The notes beneath the pieces were generated by a model. The model saw nothing but the letters and a program-made list of their open reading frames with translations. It searched no databases and had not been told where the DNA came from. From the NCBI RefSeq assembly GCF_006345805.1, contig NC_042998.1, positions 94,426,001-94,490,000 of the forward strand: a stretch of DNA of 64,000 bases. The letters are read 5' to 3'. A program made the translations under genes and the position numbers. Positions 22,408 through 36,490 of this stretch are shown here, piece by piece (within the stretch, counting starts at the first letter, position 1; each line of letters begins with the position of its first letter). The stretch is from Octopus sinensis. Lineage: Eukaryota.

Positions 22408-22841
22408 ATTTGTCATAATTATTGGCTATGAATGATCAGCCATTGGCTGTTGGTCAGCAACAGTATCTGGCAATCTGTAATTCTATCACACACCAGATGA
22501 TGGTTTGCTTCATTCTACCCAAATAGAACAACACCAGTATGAAAAACAGTTTTTCCAATGAAGAAACACATTTGAATATTCTATCAATATTTTCCCAAAC
22601 CAATTCTACCAGTTCATGATCAAGATATTCACTCTTAGAATGGTAGATGTTATGTCTTATATTATATTACTTTTTGGTCTATTGCATACTTAAGAAGAGT
22701 TGTAAAATTGATTGAATAGCTTCTGTTATCATTTACCTTTAATTTGTTTCAACCATTACTTTGCAGCCATGCTGGGGCATAGCCTTGAAGGATTTTGTCA
22801 AATTCAAACAAATTGACACCAGTATTTTTTTAAAAGTTTTG

Positions 22842-23205
22842 TACTGGCTGTGTGGTAAGAAGTTTGCTTCCAAACTACATGGTTCTGGGTTCAGCCCCAT
22901 TGTGTTGCACTTTGGGCAAGTGTCTTCTACTAGAGTCTCAGGCCGACCAAAGCCTTGTGAGTGGATTTAGTAGATGGAAACTGAAAGAAACCCATCCTAT
23001 ATATATATATATGTATATGTATATATTTGTGTGTCTGTGTTTGTTTCCCCACCATCACTTGACAACCGATGTTGGTGTGTTCATGTCTCTGTAACTTAGC
23101 AGTTTGGCAAAAGGGACCGATAGAATATGTACTAGGCTTACAAAGAATAAGTCCTGGGGTCGATTTGTTCAACTAAAGGCGGTGCTCTGGTAAAAGAATA
23201 AAAGA
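22842..23205 (+). mobile_element. SINE family A
   Basis: Head and body intact; tail shortened. Confidence 0.88.
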
Positions 23206-23504
23206 ATTCTATTGGTCCCTTTTTTGCTGAATTGCTTAGTTACAGGGATGTAATGAAACCAACACTGATTACCAAAGTGAGGACAAAACAAAGCAGCACA
23301 CACACACACACAAATATAATACAACTACATGGACTTCGATAGATTATATAATCCCTGGTACTTTGTATGATATTCCATCCATTTCATGAAACAAGGAGTG
23401 GACAAATAAGGGGAAATAACTTGGTAGGATAGAAAAATTGCAGAGGATTTCTTCAAATATACCAGTTCAATTCACTTTGATATAAACACGTATCTATGTA
23501 CATG

Positions 23505-24061
<557 letters not shown>

Positions 24062-25573
24062 ACAAAAACCTTTTATTTGAAAATAGGCTATAGTTGGCGA
24101 CAGGAAGAGCAGTAAAATAATGCTGTTTTGAAAAAAGAAATCCATGCACAACTTTGTGTATGGAAATAGAATAAAAAAGAACAAAAACACGTACACGAAA
24201 GTGTAAATACATACGTACGCGCGCGTATGGACCTTTATACGATGTACACACATACAGTCATGACAGGCGCCTGTACAATTTTAATTTATCAAATATTCAC
24301 ACACAAAGCATTTAGAAACAAGAAATTCTTGTAGAAGACGATAGCCCAAAGTGCCGCATTATGAAATCAAACCCGGAATCACATAAATACAAAGTGAACA
24401 TTATAACCACATAGCTATACCTGCACCGATGTTCTCTTAATTCATTGCAATGCCTCCTGCTGAAACTGCATAGTTCATGCAGAATTAAGTGTAGTACTTG
24501 TGTGACGAATGTATAGCTTTTATTTTCTCAATAAGTGACAAAAAAGAAAAACAAAAGCAAGAACAATATTTTATAATTTTAGAATGAAAGCACTTAAAAC
24601 TTTAAGCAGTAAGTCTGATGGAATTAAAATATCTAAACATGAGAAAATATATTTCTTCGCGTAATAAAAAGAAGAAAATGAACAGAATTTTTTAGGCGTA
24701 AGCCTACAAACTTGTTGGGAAAAATATGTATATAAAAATCTTAAAAGATCGTGGTTTCAAATCTAGTGCTAGTCTCCTCATCATCTAGGAAATACATTAC
24801 AGGTTATTTGGTAGTTTGTGGATTATGTGTGGAATCAAATAGGTTCTTTACCAGCGTAACAAAATAGGAATAAGAAAAAAAAAACAAAGCAGTAATTATG
24901 ACACTACATTAATGGCAATAATAATGGATTGTTTAACAATTAATAAAATTATTCCATCGGTATATGAAATGAAAAATAAGTTTGAATAACCCATCCACCC
25001 ACACACCAGATTCTTATAACATTAACAAACGGTATGGTGTTAGAAAAGATATGGCGCGAATTTTCAGCGCTGTACTAATTGTACGTGTTCATGTTTTCTT
25101 CCATCAATTCTTCCTTCCTTCAAGGAGAAAACATCCCGCTGCGTCGATCTGATACAAATATAACTGCAGCTATATTTGTCCGCTTTTCTTTCTCACGCTC
25201 ACTATGCTCTTACTATCTTCAACTCAGATTTTTCCATCACTTTTCTCACATCCTTCTAAGATTCCATGGTTTTTCTTTTCAACAGGGAAGAAGAAATAAA
25301 CACTAAATTTATTATCATTGAGTAAAGGAAAAATATTGCTTCTTTGTTAGTGACAGAAACGAAGTAATATTGCTTGAAACAACTAGAAAATTATTTTACA
25401 GAAATGAAAATTATTTTATTCCCAAATGGTTTTCTCTGTAATTTCAACGAACCAAGTTTTAATAATATTTTTGGAGACAAATTTTAAAACACATTCGTAG
25501 AAATATTTCCTTGTTTTTATAAATGATACGACTAGCCTATTGCACGTGGTAATAAACAATAGCTTAAATCGCA

Positions 25574-25896
25574 TGACCTTTGACCACATAGTCGAAGTAA
25601 TGTGACAAAAGATAGAAAATGGAATAGACAGGATGAGAGGTAAAAAATGTTTCTGCTATGTTTTTTGAAATTTAAGACCCTTACATAGATAATTAAAACT
25701 TAAAATATATGGATTGTAGTTTTGTTTCTCTATTAGTAATATTAACTGTTAAAGAATTTACATTTTCTGAGAAAATTTTAATTTTCTATTTAAAATATTT
25801 AGGTGAATGTTGAACTGACGTCCCTATTTTAATTTTGGACTCGTCCGTATTCCTGATTATAAAGGAAGTGAATATGACTGCCTGTCAGTGACGTCA
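25574..25896. promoter_or_regulatory. Motif cluster: DR1 nuclear-receptor site, ETS site, full CRE
   Basis: TGACCTTTGACCA 25574-25586; GGAAGTG 25864-25870; TGACGTCA 25889-25896; half-CRE TGACGT near 25815. Confidence 0.4.
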
Positions 25897-25899
25897 GAC

Positions 25900-26530
25900 A
25901 TATTTGTGAGAGTAGAAAGACGAGTTGCTTGTGGAAAAGGGAGGAAGTGAGAGTAAGAGTAAGAGAAAGATACACGGAGAGGAAAAGACAAAAGGTAGAG
26001 AGAGAGGGGAAATGGGTAAAGAGAAAGATATATATATAAGAATGAGAGAGAAAGAATTGAGAAGAAGCCAAATAATGAAGGGGCGGATTTAATAGAATGA
26101 AAAATTAAAAATAAAGAAAAGGTAAAAAGTCAAATGCAACAGAGAAAACGAAAGAAGAAAATAAGATAAAAGGGAGAAAAGAAGAAAAGCAATAGTAAAA
26201 TATCAAAACGAGAGATTGAGAGAAGGAATGAAATGAGAAAAAGAAAATAAGTATGGAATACGGATGGAACGAGGAAAATTTGAAGTAAAGGAATGAACGA
26301 ATGAAAGATAAAGAAATAAAAATATGAAAACGGGAAGAGTAGTCAATGAATCAATGTGGAAGACAGAACGAAGAAGAGGACAGGGACGAATAATTGGAAA
26401 AGAGAGTAGATAAAGGTCAGAGAATTATGGAGAGGAGGCATGAATAGATAGATAGATAAAGATAGGGGGAAGGGAAATGGAAATGAATATAAAGGATCTG
26501 AATAAAAAGAGAAAGTAAAAGAAAAACTAG
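25900..26530 (+). repeat. Purine-rich low-complexity tract
   Basis: About 630 bp strongly dominated by A and G on the plus strand. Confidence 0.8.
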
Positions 26531-27690
26531 GAAAAGAAAAATATATGGTTAATATTTAGGTTGGTGATGATATTTGGAATTAATGAAAATAAAAATATTT
26601 CAAGAATAAAAGTGATAATAAAAATATAAGCGGGTGGAGGAGGGCTGAAGACCTGTCCTTGATCTAAAGTGAGGCCATTGGTCAGAATATATTTCTGTCT
26701 AGAAGAACCCTCACTCCCATCTCACAGTAACCCTTCAATTATTCCCTGATTGTTTCATTTTTATTTTTATTTATTCCTATTTTTTAAAGCTGACCAGAAC
26801 TTTTTTGCGTGTTATTCTTTTCTTTTTCTTTTTTACTTGTTTTAGTCATTGGCTCTGGTCATGCTGGGGCACCACCTTGGAAAGGTTTCAGTCGTAAAAA
26901 TCGATTCCAGTATTTTTAAAGCCTGGTTCTTATTCTATCAGTTTATTTGCTGAACCGCTAGGTTTTTACATTTTTTCTATTTATGAAATTACCATTTATT
27001 TTTTTTCTAATCTGTCAATTATTTTACAATTCTACCAAAGAAATTTAAATCCGAGTTTAAAATAAAAGTAAATTTTAAAAAGAAACTAATTGTTGAATAA
27101 AAAAGTAAATAAAAATCCCTCCCCACAAAAAAAAAAAAAAAAAACTAGATCTGAGCTGCGTATTTAAAGTGAGTCAGAAAAGAGAAAAGAAAACCAAAAA
27201 CAAGTGCAACTTTTCTTTCTGCTAAGGTGAGGAAAGAAAGACAAATTGAAATAAGAAAAACCATTAGAAAGGGTTTCATTTTAAAAACCAAAACGTAAAA
27301 CATAAAATTTATTTCTTTTCATTATCATCAGAAACATATGAAAACTCTGTAAACAGAAGAAAAAGTTTATAAGATGCTTTATTAAAAAAACAATAAATAA
27401 AAATTTAAGAGAAAAAAAAAGGTTTAGCCGGGGTAAAGTAAACTATCAACGCAGCCATCTGTCCGGCCGAATGTTCGGTAGTATTCGTTTGTTTCCGTGA
27501 GTAGTCGGCTGAACAAGTCCGTTTAAGGAGGGTAGTGGTGGTGGAAGCAGTGGTAAGACTGTCGAGTGAATGAGACAGAAAGAAAGATAGACTATAATAT
27601 AAAAGTTGGTCTCCTCTCACTGCCTTTACCTATATTCTAAGTCTTATTTAGTACTGAATAGCTGTACAGTATAGTCAGTAAATGTAGTGA

Positions 27691-27721
<31 letters not shown>

Positions 27722-28100
27722 AATATAACTATATATATATATATACATATACACAGCTCTACGTCTATATGTATGTCTGTCCTCCTTCCTCCGCTGCTCT
27801 AGAGCCGCCACCTCTGTATTCTATCTTTTCGTCAAAAGACGGCATTTTCCACTGTTAAAATAACTCTTTTCGTATTTTATGAAAATACATGGAGTTTTCT
27901 GAACAAAAAAAAAATTATATAATATATGATTTATATATACATATATAGACAAATAATAATTTGTTATTCCACTACCGCTAAATTTTAACAGTTGCGTATA
28001 CATATCTATGACTGTGCGTGTGTCAATACATATATAGATATATATATATATATACATATAGCTCTGTATATAACTATATATATATATATATATTATATAT

Positions 28101-28131
<31 letters not shown>

Positions 28132-31100
28132 GAGATTATGTATGTATATGTGTGTATATATGAGCAAGTGTATGTGCGCTGCGATGAACTGAAGGTCACA
28201 TCAGAATCGTGGTTATGCCTTGGCTACTAACACACCGCTTTCCATAACAACCCGGCACACACGCACACACATGTATCGCTGTATACATCTGCGCACGCGC
28301 GCTTCTGTGTATGTCTGTAAATATACAGTTTTACTCCTGTCACATGTATACATTCTTAACGTCAGTATGTATAACAGTGTGTAACCCGTCTTGGTTCCTG
28401 TAGTGAGTTATATACGTATATACATACACATGAAAACAATATAGTATATATATTTATCTATATTTATATACACAAACCTGGACATATATATATATGTGTG
28501 TATGTATGTGTAAATATATACATACATGTATAAATATATTTTTAATTTTTCCTTGTCACCGATAAAATATCTAGCAGAAGCCTCTTGGATCGGTAAGTTT
28601 ACATATATATAAATGTGTGTGTGTGTGTATGTATGTATGTATATATATATATATTTTTTTAATATATATATATATATAAATGTACGTTACGTAGAATATA
28701 AAATATTCTTATTGTTTCCTATATATATAATAATAACATCTATCTTGTTTTCGTTAAGCGACAACACACGTTCAACTATCCATCCACACTAAGTCTTTTA
28801 TTGTACATCAACCCCTTTAAGTGACTAGCACAAGTTAAGAAACAAATTAAATATACGATTGCTAAAAACTTCGAATCGTAAAGTTTACAATATTTTAATA
28901 CTGACAAAGTTTTTTTTAATGTTGTATATATATATATATATTTGTGTATATATATATATTTGTCAAACTTTAAACCTTCTCATGTTTCGAAGCCAATTCC
29001 CTCGATGTATTTACGTCTGTTTGATGATAAATTAACTACTCTGGAGATTGTTATGAATGAACCATCTGTCTATACGATGTTGAAATCATATTTAAACGAC
29101 GAAAACTACCACGAGACAAATATTTATGTCATTTAATCCTTAACTTGTGTTGATTTTTTTCATTTATTTTACTATTTTAACAAATCTTGTATTATTTTCA
29201 TATACTTTCAATTCACCTCCTCTGAAGCCGGTTTTTTACTCACGTCTACGCAGACACTCAAACACACACACACACACTCTTATAGAAACATATATTCAAA
29301 AACGATGTTGATATTTGTTTTTTAAAGTTGTTAATTTGTCAGATTTCCTTGTTAATATTTCAACTTTATTGTTTTTATTTTTTAATCTATAACTATTTTA
29401 ATTTTTCAGAAAGATTGTCTATTCATTCGTATTTTCTGTTTCTTTTGTGTTTTAAACCCACACCTACATGTCAGTTTAAAAATACCCACCTGTGTCAGAC
29501 AAGAACCTTGAATCAATCAACACAATTCCTACCTATATCTGACAACTCTTCCCTTTAAATACCTTGATGTTTTTGCTTGAATTACTGATGTAGTGAGTTC
29601 GATTTCGATAGTGTGCGCGAATCCCCTTGTTGTCTACTAGACAAAACTAGCTATCCACCCCTTGTATATAGCATCATTGTTTCGTTTTATAGATAGGATT
29701 ATAGTTAGATATTTATGTGTCTATACATATTTATCTATCTATTTATTGCTTAATATTTACATGTTTAAACAAAGCCCCATGTTAATTAAACTTTCAAATT
29801 TTGATTCCCTCCTTACATCTGTATATCCCAAATGACATGCTTCATTCTTTGTCTGTAATTGTGTTGTTGAAATACCCCCTCCCCCATCTTGTTTATTTTC
29901 AATTCTTAAATGCCAATATATAATTATTTTATTAAGTAGTTTCATCATCTTACCCACCACGTATAGGAAAACATAGTAGAAGTGAAAAACCCTAATTCAA
30001 ATTCTTTATACCACCAATTTACCAAGTTCTATGTGTATTGTCTTTATTGTTATATTTATAACCCGATGATGGTTTAGTTTAAATAGTATTCGCAAAAAAC
30101 CCCCAAAAAACTATCCACTGCCCCCCAAAAAACAACAAAAAAAAACGAGGGTGGCATCATGTTCATAACTTCAAAATAGTTTAAGTGAACTTTGAAGATT
30201 AAAAAGATTTCAGGACATATTAAAATTCTTGAGAATTTCATAGTATTACAATATATAATATGAGTAAAGAATGATTTATTCATTTTCATAGAATTCCTTT
30301 GTTAATAATATATAATTAAAGTAAAGGCAACCAAAGTACTGTTGGGTTTTTCATTTGGTGCTATTGTTTCTGTAATGACAGGTTTTTTTTTATCTAAAAT
30401 TGTTGGACGTCACCGAAAAGTGCTGCGTTTGTTTAAGATTTTTGTATTCCCGCCTTCTCGATTGTGTGTGTTAAAACTTCCTTAAAGAAATTCAATCTAA
30501 TAAGCAAGCTCTTCTCTGATGTCTGTATGTGTATGTGTGTTCCTTCCTTCTCTCTCTCTATCCGCGTGTGTGTGTATTTGTGTGTATGTAAGGAATCTTG
30601 GCAGTCTATTTCCTTCCTCTGTCTTTCCTCCGTTCTCTCATTTCTTTGGCGTCATACATCTGTCTTCATTTCCCGGTCTTCTTTTCTCCTCCCGCAACTC
30701 ATTGCTTCTTCTTCATCTTCCCCCACCTCCAGAAATCGATTCGCGAAAAATAAGACCAGTTGAGTTTGATAAAGTAGAAGTATTAGTACTAGTGATGGTT
30801 GTGGTGGTGATAATTGAGTTATTGTTGTCTTCCTCTTTTCTCTCTTCTTAAATTGTTTGGAAACTTTTGAACAAAAGTGCAAAGTTTTAAACTGAATCTC
30901 TTAATCTATAAAGTTTGATGATAAATTGTTTAAACTTTTTGGATAAGAATATAAAATTCTTTGTTTATTCTTTTACATTGTGCTTCATATTTGAGTTACC
31001 AATACTTGAATAAATTATTTAGTCAGCTGATAGCTACTTTTTACTCTGTAACATAGATATATAGTAAGAATTTTCTGAACAACTTTACATAAAATCTAGA

Positions 31101-32263
31101 ATTATAAAAGACCGCCTTCAAATGTCTTCTAACTTTCCCATGTGTCTTTTTTTTTAATCTACAATTTTTAGCGGTTATTTTAAAATGTGGAAACTTATAA
31201 ACCCCAGAATTTCAATTTCCTTTACCTCCTAGTTTCTAAATCTATTTTAAAGTCTGTTAATTCAAATTATTAATCAATGAAGCCATGACTTGAAATATAT
31301 TCCCGCCTTTAATAAATTATCTCCTATCAACACACCCATCATTTAACACCCTATTTTTCCTTTTTTTTCTAAATTTTGCCTATCAATTTATGTTGGCATT
31401 AGTTTGGATACATTTTAATATTGCCATCGTCATTCTTGTCATTGGTTAGTTCTTCAGTGATCCCATCCTTTTACATTTTTAACAATTAATTTTTAATTTA
31501 CCAAGTTTTACTTGTACACTGATTCATTCAGATGGTAAAATAATTGTTCTTTTGTTGGTGTTGTAAAAGATTATAGATATGTTGTTCATTTATAAAATCA
31601 ATATCTCGATACATTTTGGAATGTGTGGTTTGATTTCGTAAGGGGTGAGTACTACTTAGTGTGTGTAGAGATGATCTCTGTTAGAAATATAACATTAATG
31701 AGAAAGAGCTAACAAAGAATTGTTAATGATGTGAACATTTTGACTTGTGGAGAATCTGTTGTAAATGCTTATGTGATGGATAAGCATTCAGTTCTTCTAC
31801 ATTTGGTTTTCAGTTGGGAATCTTTCTGAATCTGAACTCATTATTAAGCATTTTCATATTTAGAATATAGCAAATAATGAAGCAGCAGTCGAAATGGTTG
31901 CTCAGAGAATTTGAAATAATCATTTAATATATCTTTCATGTAAAGCAGAACACCAAAATGACTCCTTGTAGGAAGGAGTAAATAATTGTTCAAGATTTTG
32001 GCAGATTAAGTCTCCGACTCAAAATGGCAACATGAAGTTTTGCAGACTGACTTAAGAGACAATTTATAAAGGTTTGAGATGAATTTCTTTTTCATTCTCT
32101 CTCAATTTCCTTCAGTGTTTAAATTGATTTTCTTGTGAATATAATGATTTTTTGCTTGTATGGCTAGATATCCTTACCACTAAAACTAGGAGTTGTTTTT
32201 GTTAAGGGGGGGGGGGAAGATAATGAGCAAAGAGAAATAACTCAAGTGAGCCAACGACATGAT

Positions 32264-32496
32264 CAGTAGTTCTCAACCATTTTTTTGCCTGGACCCCTTT
32301 GATTTCTGTTTTACATGGATGGACGGACCTCCATAGATATTTTATGTTTAAAAAAATCCCATTATATTTTTAGTATTAAAATATTGCTAGGAATTATATA
32401 AAAAATTATTAAAATATCTTGTTTATTGTAGTATAACCAGTTCATTGCACATACATTTCAACAAAATCTTATAGGGATCCCAGTTGAGAACTTCTG
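32264..32496. mobile_element. hAT-like MITE (old)
   Basis: TIR CAGTAGTTCTCAAC...GTTGAGAACTTCTG; TSD not recognisable. Confidence 0.65.
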
Positions 32497-35400
32497 ATGA
32501 AGATAATTAAGGGCTGACATACTGAATGACATACACCAAAGATTTCTAAGTTAGTCGAGGTCTCTCTTCTAAGTTGAAGAAAGCAAACAAAAACCTAGTG
32601 GCAATTGTTGATGACTCTCAAAGGAAAATTACATTCATTGTCTGTTAGGCAGTGTAACAATTGTAGACATGCTTTGATTGTATTAGACTGGGAAAAGTTT
32701 CAAAAATTGGAGAATATTTTCATGCATGTCTTTCTGTTTAACTTACCTGTATTTCTCTTTAACAGGTAGGCTATTGGCCTACTTGTTATTTCCTTTAACT
32801 TGCTTTTTTTTTTTCTTTTAGATTATTTAAATTTTCATTACTTTTTCTATAAGTTGACTGATTAAGCAAGCCCACCCTACTGATTAACTGTCTCTAGCTG
32901 TTGGCTTGTTATACCAACATATATCAGATTTTTTTCTCCCTTAAAAAGTTTTTGTGAAATTAATAACTTAATTTTTTGAAATTATTTTCCCGTTCCTTTG
33001 AGTGGTATTATTCCCACTAGGCTTTTGTTTCTTTTCTCAACATGGATGGAAATTTACACTTAATGGAGAGATTTTTTGTATATATCAGTCAGTACTTTAC
33101 CACTTAGCCTCATCAGTCATGTGAAGTGAAGCATGCAAAGCCATGTATTGTGTTGGTCATAAGATTTGGTCTTATTTGACAAACTTTATATCCATTGTGT
33201 CTATTACCCTATGCACTTGAGCTATTGTGAACTGCTTCATGAGAAAATATGGGGAAAAAATTATTACTTATTTAACCATTTCGTTAACATATTTTTGTTG
33301 AAATATGCTTCCTTTGTTTTAGTTAATTTTGAAAATAATGAATTTAGTAAAATAACTTTGTCGTAAAGGCCTCTGTTTAGAGCAATTTGAAATTTTGATA
33401 GGTTTTAATTTAAATCACTTTAAAGCAGGAAGTTTGTATTTTAGAATGAGGAATAGTTTCAGGTGAGTCGGTGTCAAGAGGTGTCTTGGTGCAATAAAAA
33501 TTAAAGAGCCATCAATGATTGAGCTTGTATGATGCCTAATAATGTAAAAGTTTGTTGCTTTATATCCTGTCTCTCGCATTCTCAGTGGGTACAGCAAATG
33601 TTACATTTGTTTGCAGTACTGAGTTTCTGAATTTCTTCCATAGAAAAATAGACTGACTTTGATAGACTTTCATCTTAACCAGCAAGAAATTTATCTTTCA
33701 TTTTAATGCTTAGCCAAATAAAGTTGAAGATTGTCCCCATGGATTTTTGTTAATCACAAAGGATTAAATTTACATTTACATTGATATAGATGTGCATAAT
33801 GATGAATCGGGATTTTTAGCAGAATGTAAGGACACATTTCATCTGTATTTGTTTTCATTTGACTGTTGAGCCATGAAATTCAGTAAGAATGATTTTTTGT
33901 GCATATAAATTAACTCAAGACTACAGCAGAAGACTCTTTCCTACAGTGTTGTGCTGAGGGATAGAATCCAGATTCATATGATTGCAAAGCATACCTCTTA
34001 ACCTGTTTTGGAAAACAGTTTTGCGGATACAATCCTTGGCCATTTTAAATATTAAACAATTTTCAAAGCAGTTTATACATAGACTACAAAGCAATGTGTA
34101 TATATATATACATTACAAAACAATTTATATGTAAAATTTCTCACTGTTGGCTCCTTGTTATGAAAACTACAGATAGGAAATATATTTTAAGGAATGCCTT
34201 TACAAATAGTACAGATTTTTAAAACTTGTTCTTAAACCTATTTGAGCACCCCTCAGTTAATGCATGCTAATGTCTTTATTTTTATCTCTGTGGACAGAAA
34301 AAAAAGTTGGCCTAATCTAATTTCAATCCTTGGGATATTTTCAGAAATTATACGTCTTCCTTTGTCTATAGAAATATGTTTACTGTTATTTATAGTCACT
34401 AAATATTCTGACTTCACTGAACTGGTTCATCTGATTTGCACAAATAGTGTTTTCACTGGTTATGTAGTGTCAATCATTTAATTATTGATATTCTAAATAG
34501 TGTGTTGTGATATTTTGAATTATGCACTAAGATATACTTTGATAAGCAATATGAGTATTTTACCTATTATTGTGACAAATAACTGAATGTACTTGGGCTA
34601 ATGGAAACAAATGTCATTTTTTTGTCTCTGTTGATAGCAAACGGATAATTAGCTTGATCTGGTTTATGTCCTAGTTTGGGTCTTTTTGAAGATCACACAC
34701 CATCCTTATAGCTATTAAATATCAGGGTTTCTCTAAATTGTTTAGTCCAATTTGCATAGTTTTTGTTTTGCTGGTTACATTGTCATTTATAAAATTATTG
34801 ATGGCACCAAACTGTATTTCATAATTTAACATGTACATTAAGGTATATAATTATAAACAATTTAAAGTTTTAGCCATCATTTTGATATATAACTGCATAC
34901 ACTTGGGCAATGGTTTCACTGGATATCAGTCTTTGTTCAGATCTCTTCATAGACAATACATATACTTTTGTCTGTCCACTTAGATATATATCTTGTAACT
35001 ATTTATAACTACTAAATATTGTAACTTCAGTAAATCAGTTAGTTTAATTTGCATAAATAATAACCAATAATTGAATTAACTCAGACAAATTCTGGTAGCA
35101 ACAGTGCTATAAACATAACTTTAAAATCCACATTTTCAATTAATATATTTTTTTAATCTACAGGCAATAGAAATTTTTACTAGTTTTCATGTGAGAATGA
35201 ATAGCGCAATATATTTCACACTGAACAATTTTAGTTAAGTCAACAAATCTAATCAAATATGTTCAATAATTTGTGTTCATCTTATTTGTCTAGTTTATTT
35301 CTGAAGATTTCATTGTCTATTACATCGTTAAACGATGCCAATTAGTCTGTACTTTAAATGACATTTCATTATTTTACTTAACTAGCACGGATTTTGTTTA

Positions 35401-36021
35401 ACTTCAAATTGATGGTGCTTAATAACATCTCGCCGTTTGTTTTCAATTGATGCCAAAAAATAATAATCAAGTAAGCTAAAATAAAACTTGAGATTAATTA
35501 TAGAATTTTTAATTGATATTATCACTTCAATTAAAAATTACATAATTTTAACTTTTACTTTCTATTTCTATATCAATTCCAAGAAATATTTTTTGTAACT
35601 GATATTGTTTCAACTCAGTAATAATTTACTGGAATTTCGTTTAGGAAAATATATTCTATCTATAAGATTCTTGCTGCATTGTACATTGGCTCATCCTTGG
35701 GTGGTCCCTATAGGTTAGCAGTTTTTCTGAGAAGATATTGCTACTTCTTTGCTTAACTGTTCTCTAGAAATGGAAAATCAGACACTATCAGTGGTTTCTT
35801 CCATGACCTTTCTTACAGAGTTACCATTTTTGATGGCTTATAAGACACGTTCCAAAAGAAAAAAAATAAATAAACCTCAAAAAAATTGCCTCAGGTCCTA
35901 CAAGTAAAGTTTGAGCCTATATTACATGCTATGACACTTTAGTTAGTTTAATTTGCATAAATAATAACCAGTAATTAAACTAAGATAAATTCTGGTAACA
36001 ACAGTGACATAACCAAACATA

Positions 36022-36227
36022 ACTTTAAACTGGTCATATCTGGCCAAAATATTGTTTTATGTTCCAACTGACCATCTTCAACCTTTCATGCTTATCCTTC
36101 AATGTCATCATAAAAATAAGCAATTACATCATTGAAATCTCAAAGCTACAAGATAATGCATGATTAATTCAAAACAATATGAATAAATTGGCATTATATT
36201 TGATAGATTAATCTGAATGCTAAAGGG
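36022..36227 (+). mobile_element. piggyBac-type MITE family A, left end missing
   Basis: tttaaactggtcatatctggcc...ctgaatgctaaagggTTAA. Confidence 0.78.
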
Positions 36228-36324
36228 TTAATGCACTAAAATCTTTGTTTTTCCTGAAAATGAACAGCTATTGAAATTGGGTTGTTTCTTTTATGCCATC
36301 AAATATGGTAATATTGAAGAATTG

Positions 36325-36490
36325 AAAGGCAGCGAGCTGGCAGAAACATTAGTATGCCGGGCGAATGCTTAGTATTTTGTTTGTTTTTACGTTTTGAGTT
36401 CAAATTCCGCCAGTTGCATACTAGGGTCAATCTAATTGACTGGCCGCCTCCCCCCAAATTTCAGGCCTTGTGCTTAGAGTAGAAAAGAAT
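36325..36490 (+). mobile_element. SINE family B with internal deletion
   Basis: ggcagcgagctggcagaaac...gagttcaaattccgcc...caaatttcaggccttgtgc. Confidence 0.78.

Larger units (their letters stand above)
24120..31000. promoter_or_regulatory. CpG-retaining region with an A/T strand-skew switch; candidate divergent promoter / first-exon zone
   Basis: CpGs are visibly frequent here (about 10 in 27421-27600) and scarce in the flanks; the plus strand is A-rich to the left and T-rich to the right; candidate donors at 27497 (GTGAGT, +), 28593 (GTAAGT, +) and about 29241 (GTGAGT, -). Judged by eye, not computed. Confidence 0.5.

Noticed and set aside
27405-27620. Minus-strand ORF containing ATGGCTGCG as a protein start
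   Set aside because: No good splice donor follows, the frame ends in a poly-T-derived stop region, and there is no recognisable domain.
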